Assembly: GCA_039033755.1 (NCBI GenBank)
Contig: JBCCBZ010000013.1
Location: forward strand, 9,044-73,043
DNA: 64,000 bases
Source of the DNA: Pseudomonadota bacterium
GTDB lineage: Bacteria > Pseudomonadota > Alphaproteobacteria > Sphingomonadales > Sphingomonadaceae
Direction of reading: 5' to 3'
In this document: piece by piece, positions 11,517 to 19,278 of the stretch
Numbering within the stretch: the stretch's first letter is position 1
Layout: every line of letters begins with the position of its first letter
Made by a program: the position numbers and the translations under genes
The notes under the pieces: model-generated
What the model was told of the DNA's origin: nothing
The model's database searches: none
Seen by the model: the letters and a program-made list of their open reading frames with translations, nothing else

Positions 11517-12577
11517 GCCGCGCCGACCTCCCCCATTCCATCGCCATCGTCACCGACGCGTGGCATCCGCAGACCAATGGGGTGGTGCGTACGCTGGCCA
11601 CGACTTGCGATATCTTGCGCCGCTGGGGGCATGAGGTCTCGGTTATCTCGCCCGAGCGATTTGCCTCCATTCCCGCGCCGACCTACCCCGAAATCAGGCT
11701 GGCGTTGACGGTGCCAGGGGCGACGGGCCGCATGTTAGGGCGGATCAAGCCCGACGCGGTGCATATCGCGACCGAAGGACCGCTGGGTTTTGCCGCGCGC
11801 CGATATTGCGTCCATCGCGGCGTGCCCTTCACCACGGCCTATCACACGCAATTTCCCGATTACTTCGCGCGCCGCACCGGTCTGCCGGCGGGCGCGTTCT
11901 GGCCCTACATCCGATGGTTCCATCGAAAATCGCAGCGCATCATGGTCGCAACCGAGACGATCCGCACGCAATTGCGCGAACAAGGGCTGACGCATCTGTC
12001 GCATTGGAGCCGGGGGGTTGATCTCACTTGCTTCACCCCCGACGCGCCGCCGCCGCCCGAATATCAGGAACTCAACGGCCCGCTTCTGCTCTATGTTGGG
12101 CGCGTCGCGGTGGAGAAGAACATCGAGGCCTTCCTCGCCTGCGATACGCCCGGCACAAAGGTTGTGGTCGGAGATGGACCGGCCCGCGCCGCCTTGCAGG
12201 CGAAGTTCCCGCAAGCGCTGTTTCTGGGCAAGCGCACCGGGCGCGATCTCGCCGGATGCTACGCCGGCGCGGACGCCTTTGTCTTCCCAAGCAAGACGGA
12301 CACCTTTGGCCTCGTCATGATCGAAGCGCTGGCGTGTGGAACGCCGGTCGCCGCTTATCGGGTGCCCGGTCCAGTCGATATCTTGAACGACCGTGTCGGG
12401 GCTATGTCAGACGACCTGTCCACCGCGATCCGATCCGCGCTAACGCTCGACCGGCGGGCCTGCGCCGCTCATGGCGCCAGTTTCAGTTGGGAGGCGGCCA
12501 CGCGGCAATTCCTCCATGGTCTCGTCGCGCTCGAAGAGGAAGAAGCGATCTCCCTGCGAGCGGCCCCAGCCTATTAA
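11513..12577 (+). CDS. agt: GT4 glycosyltransferase, probable glucuronosyl/glucosyl-diacylglycerol synthase (Agt-like)
   Basis: DAWHPQTNGVVRT, HIATEGPLG, FPSKTDTFGLVMIEALACGTPV. GTGA overlap with the plcP-like gene. Confidence 0.7.
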   Translation: MSRADLPHSIAIVTDAWHPQTNGVVRTLATTCDILRRWGHEVSVISPERFASIPAPTYPEIRLALTVPGATGRMLGRIKPDAVHIATEGPLGFAARRYCVHRGVPFTTAYHTQFPDYFARRTGLPAGAFWPYIRWFHRKSQRIMVATETIRTQLREQGLTHLSHWSRGVDLTCFTPDAPPPPEYQELNGPLLLYVGRVAVEKNIEAFLACDTPGTKVVVGDGPARAALQAKFPQALFLGKRTGRDLAGCYAGADAFVFPSKTDTFGLVMIEALACGTPVAAYRVPGPVDILNDRVGAMSDDLSTAIRSALTLDRRACAAHGASFSWEAATRQFLHGLVALEEEEAISLRAAPAY

Positions 12578-12621
12578 TTCGGCCCCTTGGGCCCAAAAAA
12601 ACCGCTGCCACGCGGCTATTT

Positions 12622-12650
12622 CTTGCGACTCCGCTCCACTTCGCCTATCT
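12622..12650 (+). promoter_or_regulatory. Candidate sigma70/RpoH-family promoter of trcR
   Basis: CTTGCG-N16-CCTATCT matches alphaproteobacterial CTTG-N-CCTAT(A/C)T promoter consensus; 77 nt upstream of the ATG. Confidence 0.55.
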
Positions 12651-12663
12651 GACCCTCAGCAGC

Positions 12664-12698
12664 GGCCGCTCCGGTAAGGGGCGGCCCTTATTATTTCT
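12664..12698 (+). promoter_or_regulatory. GC-rich hairpin with U-rich tail in the trcR 5' leader
   Basis: GGCCGCTCC-ggtaa-GGGGCGGCC followed by CTTATTATTTCT. Confidence 0.45.
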
Positions 12699-12727
12699 GA
12701 CGAATTTTCGTTTCTGGAGACGTTCCC

Positions 12728-13534
12728 ATGGCCCAAAAGGATCAGCCCAAGCCGCTGATGCCGCACGCGACCGCCACTTGGCTGGTCGATCACACCGGCC
12801 TCGCTTTTGACCAAATCGCCGATTTCTGCGGCCTGCACATCCTTGAAGTTCAAGCGATGGCCGATGATCTGGCGGGCAGCAAATACACCGGGCGCGATCC
12901 CGTTCACGCGGGCGAACTCACGCTTGAAGAGATCAAGCTGGGCGAAGACGATCCCGCATACGCGCTCAAAATGCATAAGGCGCCGGTCGAAGTGACCCGC
13001 ACCAAAGGCCCGCGCTACACCCCGGTGTCGAAGCGTCAGGACAAGCCCGATGGCATCGCCTGGATTCTGCGCAACCACCCGGAAGTGTCCGACGCGCAGA
13101 TTTCCAAGCTGATCGGAACCACGCGCAACACAATCGGCGCGATCCGCGAACGCTCGCACTGGAACATCCAGAATATTCAGCCGAAAGATCCGGTGACCCT
13201 GGGTCTGTGCGCGCAGCGTGAGCTTGACGCCGTTGTTGCGAAGGCCGCCAAGCGTGCGGGCATCGTCGAAGAGGTTCCCGAAGTCAGCGAAGACGCTCGT
13301 AGCGACAAGGACAAGCTGATCGAAGAGCTGCGCGCCGAGCGCGAGGCCAACGCCAAAGCCGCCGCCGAAGCCGCGCAAGAGGCCGAAGCCGAAGCGTGGC
13401 TCGCCGCCAAGCGTGAAGCGGAAGAGGCGGACGCCGCCGCGCCCGCGATTGAACCCGACGCTGCCTTTTCAGCCCCTGCGCCAGAGCCTGCGCCGGAAGC
13501 CGCTCCTGAAGAGGAAGAGCCGCAGGGCGAGTAA
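12728..13534 (+). CDS. trcR: DUF1013 family cell-cycle transcriptional regulator TrcR
   Basis: PLMPHATATWLVDHTGL..QIADFCGLHILEVQ, GPRYTPVSKRQDKPDGIAWILRNHPE, HWNIQNIQPKDPVTLGLC. Acidic Ala/Pro tail. Confidence 0.88.
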   Translation: MAQKDQPKPLMPHATATWLVDHTGLAFDQIADFCGLHILEVQAMADDLAGSKYTGRDPVHAGELTLEEIKLGEDDPAYALKMHKAPVEVTRTKGPRYTPVSKRQDKPDGIAWILRNHPEVSDAQISKLIGTTRNTIGAIRERSHWNIQNIQPKDPVTLGLCAQRELDAVVAKAAKRAGIVEEVPEVSEDARSDKDKLIEELRAEREANAKAAAEAAQEAEAEAWLAAKREAEEADAAAPAIEPDAAFSAPAPEPAPEAAPEEEEPQGE

Positions 13535-13562
13535 GCCGGTGTCGAGCACCAAAGAATACAAG

Positions 13563-13591
13563 AAAGGGGCGGCTTAGGCGGCCCCTTTTTT
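13563..13591 (+). terminator. Rho-independent terminator of trcR
   Basis: AAAGGGGC-gGC-ttag-GCg-GCCCCTTT followed by a T run. Confidence 0.8.
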
Positions 13592-13677
13592 GTTTCGCTG
13601 GCGTCGCGCACGAAATTCTGTGACGATCACCCTCTAAATGGGCCTCAGGCCCCTTGTGTATGGAGGAGGGATCATTC

Positions 13678-15387
13678 ATGACTACTGACATGAGTGTTAA
13701 TAGCGGGTCGCATCCCTACCATCACCCGACGCCTTGGACGGCTCAGTTTGAACCCATGGCGCTGCCCGACATGCTCGCGCGCACCGTTGCCCATGACCCG
13801 GATGCGCCGTTCCTGCACTTCCTGGGCCGCACCTATTCCTATCGCGACATCTTTGCCGAAGCGAACGCCTTTGCTTTAGGGCTGGTCGAAATGGGCGTTC
13901 AGAAAGGCGACCGGGTTGGCCTGTTCCTGCCCAACGTCCCGATCTACGCCTCGGCCTATTACGGCGCGATGATGGCTGGGGCGACGGTGGTGAATTTCTC
14001 GCCGCTCTACTCGGTCGAGGAACTCGCCTGGCAAGTCGCCGATAGCGGGACCAGGATACTGGTCACCGTCGACGCGCCCGAACTCTACAAAACCGCGCAC
14101 AGCGTACTCGAAGCCTCCGAGCTTGAATCGCTCATCGTCGGACGGATTTCCGCGATGCTTCCGTTTGTGAAGGGGCTCGCGATGAAGCTGTTCAAGCGCG
14201 GTGATATCGCCAATGTCGCGTGGGGGTCAGATATCCGTGAATGGGCGGAAGTGCTCCAGGAATGGGCCTGGACCGACTATCTTGGGGGTAAGCGATATGA
14301 CCTTCCTCAAATCGACCCGCACGAAGATCTGGCCCTGCTGCAATACACCGGTGGCACGACTGGCCGACCCAAGGGCGCGATGCTCGGCCATAGCCAGCTG
14401 TCGATGAACGCGCAGCAGACGGCAGCGCTCAACCCCTTTGGCAACCCGCGTGACGAGGTCTTGATGGGCGCGCTGCCGTTCTTTCATGTTTTTGCCAACA
14501 CCGCGCTTTTGAACCACGCGATGACGGCGGGCGCTTCGATCGTAATGGTGCCGCGGTTTGAAACGGGCCAGGTTCTCAAGACGATTGAGAAACACAAGGC
14601 GACCGGCTTTCCCGGCGTGCCGACGATGTTTCAGGCCATGCTCGACCACCCCGATCTGGCGAAGACGGACCTCTCCAGCCTCAAGGTCTGCATTTCAGGC
14701 GGCGCGCCCATGCCCGCTCAGGTTCACGAGCGCTTTGAAGAGGTTACCGGTGTGCGCGTGGTTGAAGGCTATGGCCTCACTGAAAGCTCCGGCGTGGTCT
14801 CCGCGAACCCATACGCTGGCACGCGCAAGAAGGGCACAATCGGGCAACTGGTCGCGGGCACCGAGATTGTGCTGCTTGACAAGGAGAACCCCGACACACT
14901 CGCGCCCGAAGGAGCGCCGGGTGAACTCGCCATCCATGGGCCGCAGATTATGCGCGGTTACTGGAACCGGCCTGAAGCGGCGGCGGACACCTTTGTGACG
15001 CGCGGAAACAAGCAATATCTGCGCACCGGCGATGTCGCCGTGATGGACGAAGATGGCTTTCTGCAGATCGTTGACCGGATCAAGGACATGATCGCCGTGG
15101 GCGGCTTCAAAGTGTTCCCGAGCGTGGTCGAGGATGCGATCCTGAAGCACGAAGCGGTGAAAGAAGCGCTCGTGATCGGGGTGCCCGAAGACTATCGCGG
15201 CGAAGTCCCGCGCGCCTATGTGACGCTGGAAGACGCGCAAGGCGCAACGGGCGACGAGCTAAAAGACTGGCTCAACGCGCGCATCGGTAAGCATGAGCGG
15301 GTCGACGAGGTTGTGATCCGCGAAGAGCTTCCCAAGACGATGATCGGCAAGCTCGACCGCAAGGCGCTGCGCGCCGAGGTGCTCTAG
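13678..15387 (+). CDS. Long-chain fatty acid--CoA ligase (FadD-like)
   Basis: AMP-binding YTGGTTGRPKG, GYGLTE, TGD, VIREELPKTMIGK. Start placed at ATG 13678 behind GGAGGAGG. Confidence 0.9.
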   Translation: MTTDMSVNSGSHPYHHPTPWTAQFEPMALPDMLARTVAHDPDAPFLHFLGRTYSYRDIFAEANAFALGLVEMGVQKGDRVGLFLPNVPIYASAYYGAMMAGATVVNFSPLYSVEELAWQVADSGTRILVTVDAPELYKTAHSVLEASELESLIVGRISAMLPFVKGLAMKLFKRGDIANVAWGSDIREWAEVLQEWAWTDYLGGKRYDLPQIDPHEDLALLQYTGGTTGRPKGAMLGHSQLSMNAQQTAALNPFGNPRDEVLMGALPFFHVFANTALLNHAMTAGASIVMVPRFETGQVLKTIEKHKATGFPGVPTMFQAMLDHPDLAKTDLSSLKVCISGGAPMPAQVHERFEEVTGVRVVEGYGLTESSGVVSANPYAGTRKKGTIGQLVAGTEIVLLDKENPDTLAPEGAPGELAIHGPQIMRGYWNRPEAAADTFVTRGNKQYLRTGDVAVMDEDGFLQIVDRIKDMIAVGGFKVFPSVVEDAILKHEAVKEALVIGVPEDYRGEVPRAYVTLEDAQGATGDELKDWLNARIGKHERVDEVVIREELPKTMIGKLDRKALRAEVL

Positions 15388-15395
15388 CAAAGAAA

Positions 15396-15425
15396 ACGCC
15401 GCAGCTCATAAACAGGAGCGCGGCG
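15396..15425. terminator. Probable bidirectional terminator between convergent fadD-like and bactofilin genes
   Basis: CGCCGC-a-GCTC-ataaacag-GAGC-GCGGCG imperfect hairpin in a 75-bp convergent gap. Confidence 0.45.
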
Positions 15426-15462
15426 CAATCGATTCAAAGAGTTCCGGCCCCGCCGGTCCAGC

Positions 15463-15951
15463 TCAGCTGGCGATTTCGAGTTTGGTCTGTTCGGGCGTTC
15501 CCGCCTTGGTTTCGATCTGTTTCGGAGCGGCGGACTGGCGCTGAGCATTGGGGGCAAAGCGACCGTCAACTTGCGCGCCCTGTTCGATGGTGAGCGCGTC
15601 GTAATGCACGTCGCCTTCGATGATGGCGCTTTTCAGGATTACCAGTTCACGCGCGGTGATCGAACCGACCACCTTGCCCGAAAGGCGCGCGGTTTCGGCG
15701 ACGACCGACCCGCTGATCACGCTGCTCTCGCCCTGGACGAGGCTGGCGCACTTGATGTCGCCTTCGATCGTGCCGTCGACATGCAGATCGGCCGACGCGC
15801 TGATGTCGCCCTTGATGACCACGTCGGTGCCAATCACGGAGAAGGTCGAATTGGAGCTCGGCATGGTTTTTCCTTGGGAACGTCCTAGGGGGGAAGGGTT
15901 AGCGGTTGGAGCTGCGGACCGGGCTGGTTCCGAGGGCTTCTTTGAGAACAT
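15463..15951 (-). CDS. Bactofilin (polymer-forming cytoskeletal protein)
   Basis: Beta-helix repeats VIGTDVVIKGDI/LHVDGTIEGDI/ITARELVI/IEGDVHY. N-terminal MFSKK resembles the bactofilin membrane-targeting sequence. Confidence 0.92.
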   Translation of the reverse strand: MFSKKPSEPARSAAPTANPSPLGRSQGKTMPSSNSTFSVIGTDVVIKGDISASADLHVDGTIEGDIKCASLVQGESSVISGSVVAETARLSGKVVGSITARELVILKSAIIEGDVHYDALTIEQGAQVDGRFAPNAQRQSAAPKQIETKAGTPEQTKLEIAS

Positions 15952-17074
15952 CGGGGGCGGTCTCCAGGAAGGGGCGCGGGTTCACCGCGCGGTCATTGAT
16001 GCGCACTTCGAAGTGCAGGTGCGGTCCGGTCGAACGGCCGCTGCTTCCCAGCCCTCCGATGGTTTCGCCCGCCTCCACGCTGTCACCGACTTTGGCGTCG
16101 ATCCGGCGAAGGTGAGCGTAGCGGGTCTTGAGGCCGTTGTCGTGGAGGATTTCCACCAGGCGGCCATAGCCACCGCGCCAGCCGGCGTAGACCACCTTGC
16201 CCGGCGCCGCAGCGTAGATTGGGGAACCAACAGGTCCTCGAAAATCGATGCCAGGGTGACGCGCCGCGCGGCCATTAAAGGGATCGCGGCGATAACCGAA
16301 ATTGGACGTGATCGATGGATTGCCGTGGGGCGTGACTTGCGGAATGCTCTCAAGAGCGCGTTCCAATGTAGCCATGCGCGATAGGCTCAGCGCCATACGT
16401 TCGAAGCGCGGGTCAAGCTCTGCCAATTCTTCGTCCAGCGGCACGAAGGGACCACCAACAGCCGTCTTTTCGACATTGCTGGTCAGCATGCGGGGATCCA
16501 GCTGCAGTTTGCGAATCGCGGCTTCCGCCTTTTTTGAACGCCAATCCGCGTAGCGGGTCACGCTTTCGACGAAAGCGATCTGGCGCGCTTCCAATTCCGC
16601 AAGCCCGCGCGCTTCGGGGAAGACTTCACTGATCTTCTCGACCGTTTCGGCGGTTTCTTTGGAACTGTCGGTAACGTTGACGCCCGCATCGCGGATGTCT
16701 TCGGGCAGCATGTCCTTGACCGCGTCGACCGCGTTCTGGCGCGCCGTGAGTTCGGCGACCACGCGGCCCATGTCTTCGCCGTAGGCTTTGAGGCGTTCAT
16801 CCTTCGTCGCGATCTGCGCTTTTTCCTGCTCAAATGAGGCGAGCGTGGCTTCGGCGCGGTACTGGTTCCACGCCATCACGCCCAGCGACAGGGCCCAGCC
16901 AACCGCAACGGCCAGCGCAACGCCCGCAGCGGTCATCTGCAATCGCGAAGAAATGGTGATGAAACGAACCTGACCCTCTGATCGCATGAAAAATTCGCGA
17001 TCAGGGAACCATCCACGCACCCGCTCGATAACGCGCCTAGCGTTCCAGCGTGGTGTTGAAGAATTATCTGACAA
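15899..17074 (-). CDS. M23 family endopeptidase with N-terminal TM and coiled coil (LmdC-like)
   Basis: N-terminal FPDREFFMRSEGQVRFITIS, TM segment, coiled coil, zinc motifs HPGID and HLH. Overlaps bactofilin by 53 nt. Confidence 0.9.
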   Translation of the reverse strand: MSDNSSTPRWNARRVIERVRGWFPDREFFMRSEGQVRFITISSRLQMTAAGVALAVAVGWALSLGVMAWNQYRAEATLASFEQEKAQIATKDERLKAYGEDMGRVVAELTARQNAVDAVKDMLPEDIRDAGVNVTDSSKETAETVEKISEVFPEARGLAELEARQIAFVESVTRYADWRSKKAEAAIRKLQLDPRMLTSNVEKTAVGGPFVPLDEELAELDPRFERMALSLSRMATLERALESIPQVTPHGNPSITSNFGYRRDPFNGRAARHPGIDFRGPVGSPIYAAAPGKVVYAGWRGGYGRLVEILHDNGLKTRYAHLRRIDAKVGDSVEAGETIGGLGSSGRSTGPHLHFEVRINDRAVNPRPFLETAPDVLKEALGTSPVRSSNR

Positions 17075-17361
17075 TGCGGCCCCGGATTTTTTGTCTATTT
17101 ATGTCGCGCGGGCCTATCAAGCCGATTCCTAACGGTCGATTGCGTACAACATGAAGACCCGTTGAACGGAAGCGAAATCGCGATGAACGGTTCATCTAGG
17201 AGCAAGTTTGCAGTGGGAGGCGCAGTTTTGGCGGAAGTGCGTGCCTTTGCTCGCTTGACGATCGGTCAGAATCGATTCGCCAAACAGCGCGATTCGGGCC
17301 GATTCCGAGACCCCTGACAGCCCGCTTCTTGGCTGCTACGGTCGCGCTGAAACCACGCTCT

Positions 17362-18042
17362 ATGACGAAAATTCCCCGCCGCATCGGCCTTCTCGGAGGC
17401 AGCTTCAACCCCGCTCATGGCGGCCATCGGCGGATCTCGCTTTTCACGATGCAAGCGCTGGGTCTGGACGAGATCTGGTGGCTGGTTTCGCCCGGAAATC
17501 CGCTCAAGCCCAAAAGGGGTATGGCGCCGCTGGTGGCGCGTTTCCGCTCGGCACAGGTGCAAGCGCGGCTAGCGCGGATCGTGCCGACAGCGATCGAACA
17601 GCAGCTCGGCACACGCTACACTGTGGATACTCTGCGCGCCCTCAAGAAGCGCTATCGAACCCGCGAATTCGTGTGGCTCATGGGGTCCGACAACCTTGCA
17701 CAATTCCACCGCTGGAAGGGCTGGCGAACCATCGCGCGCACAGTACCGATTGCAGTCATCGCCCGGCCCGGCTATAACGCGGATGCCTTGGCGAGCCCCG
17801 CCATGGCCTGGCTCAGGCGCTATCAGGTGCCCGTTGCCGGTTTTCGGAAACGGGGGCGAAGGAGCGCACCGGCCCTGGTGTTTTTGCGTTTCGATCCAGA
17901 CCATCGCTCGGCCACGGCCATTCGCCGTGATAACGCCGATTGGGCGGAGGTTTTTCTGAACAACACGCAAGGAACGGGCCGAAAAGCTCCGCCGTGGGAT
18001 CGGCTTACATTTCACCGCATCGACGATTGGGAAGACGCGTGA
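17362..18042 (+). CDS. nadD: Nicotinate-nucleotide adenylyltransferase
   Basis: GGSFNPAHGGH, WLVSPGNPLK, WLMGSDNL, SATAIR. Confidence 0.93.
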   Translation: MTKIPRRIGLLGGSFNPAHGGHRRISLFTMQALGLDEIWWLVSPGNPLKPKRGMAPLVARFRSAQVQARLARIVPTAIEQQLGTRYTVDTLRALKKRYRTREFVWLMGSDNLAQFHRWKGWRTIARTVPIAVIARPGYNADALASPAMAWLRRYQVPVAGFRKRGRRSAPALVFLRFDPDHRSATAIRRDNADWAEVFLNNTQGTGRKAPPWDRLTFHRIDDWEDA

Positions 18043-18123
18043 GGGCTCTGGCCTTTTCTCTTCACCCCTTGCCGATGATCGGCGGCCTCCCACATATTCG
18101 CTCTGCAATCTGGAGAACACTCT

Positions 18124-18540
18124 TTGCCACAAGCACAGGCAAACCCGGCCACGCCCATAGGCGCGGCCACCAAGGCGCCGCCGGTCATGACGACTGACGC
18201 GCCGCACGAACTGCACGAACTGATCCTCGCCCAGTTGGACGACGATCAGGCGCAGGAAGTCGTCTCGATCCCGCTCGAAGGGAAAAGCTCGGTCGCCGAT
18301 TTCATGGTGATCGCGAGCGGCCGTTCGACCCGGCAAGTCGCGGCTATGGCGCAGAAACTGGCCGAAAAGGTCAAGCAAGCCGGCCACGGCCCCGCGCGCG
18401 TCGAAGGCCTCCCCGCCGCCGACTGGGTGCTGATCGATGCGGGCGACGTGGTCGTCCACCTGTTCCGCCCCGAAGTGCGCAGCTTCTACAACCTTGAACG
18501 CATGTGGTCGTTCGAGAGCGGAGAGGCCGCGGCGTCGTAA
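18124..18540 (+). CDS. rsfS: Ribosome silencing factor
   Basis: DFMVIASGRS, WVLIDAGDVVVHLF, YNLERMW. Start (TTG 18124 vs ATG 18188) uncertain. Confidence 0.93.
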   Translation: MPQAQANPATPIGAATKAPPVMTTDAPHELHELILAQLDDDQAQEVVSIPLEGKSSVADFMVIASGRSTRQVAAMAQKLAEKVKQAGHGPARVEGLPAADWVLIDAGDVVVHLFRPEVRSFYNLERMWSFESGEAAAS

Positions 18541-18832
18541 GTTTGCGCTCGCCCATCCGGGCGAGCGTCCTCGATGCTATTCCCTCCGGCCAATCTTGGC
18601 CTGCGGGGCATCTGCGGGCGGGCAGTCGCCCTTGCGAAATCGTAGATTTCGTCGTCGCGCTCCACCTCTCCGCATGGCTCCAAGACGCTTGGCGCTTGGT
18701 TGCCATCGGGGCGCGAGAGACGGGTTGCAACAGCAAACCGCAAGGCCAAGGGCCGCCCGCAGCGGGTCCGCAGGCGAAGATTCGCCGGAGGACGTCTAGC
18801 GAGGACGCACCCGCGGATGCGGGTGCGCAAAG
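18541..18832. repeat. Symmetric multi-hairpin palindromic element (two inverted ~110-nt units around a central hairpin)
   Basis: Left arm cgtcctcg..cctccggc[c]aatctt[g]gcctgcgg..ctgcgggcgg is the reverse complement of the right arm (18751-18807). Terminal hairpins have ATCC and GGAT loops. Ends are TTTGCGC and GCGCAAA. Confidence 0.85.
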
Positions 18833-18852
18833 CAAAACTCCGAGGAAAACGA

Positions 18853-19272
18853 ATGCTCCTCCACGTCATCGCTCGCGGAAAGATCGCTCGCTCACCGGAA
18901 GCGGACCTTGTCGCGCGCTATGAAAAGCGTTTGACTTGGCCGGTGAAACTCACCGAATTGCCCGAAACAGGCGGGCGCGTGCCTGATCCGGTAACCCCCT
19001 ATAAGACCGTGCTTTTGGATGAGCGCGGCAAGGCGATGGGTTCCGAAGACTTCGCGCATTTGCTGAGCCGGTGGCGCGACGATGGTGTGCGCGAGGCGCG
19101 CTTTGTCCTGGGCGCGGCGGATGGGCATTCGAAGGAAGAGCGTGCCGAAGCTGACCTTCTGCTCGCCTTTGGCCCGGCGACCTGGCCGCACCTGTTGGCG
19201 CGAGCAATGCTGATGGAACAGCTCTACCGCGCCACCGCCATCCTTGCCGGGCATCCCTATCATCGGGCATGA
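18853..19272 (+). CDS. rlmH: 23S rRNA (pseudouridine1915-N3)-methyltransferase
   Basis: LLDERG, FVLGAADG, TWPHLLARAMLMEQLYRA, GHPYHR. ATG 18853 behind GAGGA. Confidence 0.95.
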   Translation: MLLHVIARGKIARSPEADLVARYEKRLTWPVKLTELPETGGRVPDPVTPYKTVLLDERGKAMGSEDFAHLLSRWRDDGVREARFVLGAADGHSKEERAEADLLLAFGPATWPHLLARAMLMEQLYRATAILAGHPYHRA

Positions 19273-19278
19273 GGGGGC

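Noticed and set aside
13320-13534. Low-complexity Ala/Glu/Pro repeats at the TrcR C-terminus (and the Lys/Pro tail of ClpA)
   Set aside because: These are ordinary disordered tails without exact DNA tandem repeats.
17075-17361. Possible sRNA or gene remnant in the M23-nadD divergent gap
   Set aside because: No convincing hairpin/terminator, ORF or known motif seen; the length fits two divergent promoters.
18541-18832. Element as an autonomous IS or a CRISPR array
   Set aside because: No transposase, no target-site duplication visible, no direct repeat-spacer periodicity and no cas genes.
18371-18923. Several 120-150 aa ORFs spanning the rsfS-rlmH spacer
   Set aside because: They arise from the GC-rich palindromic element; Arg/Pro/Ala-rich with no motifs, and they overlap real genes.
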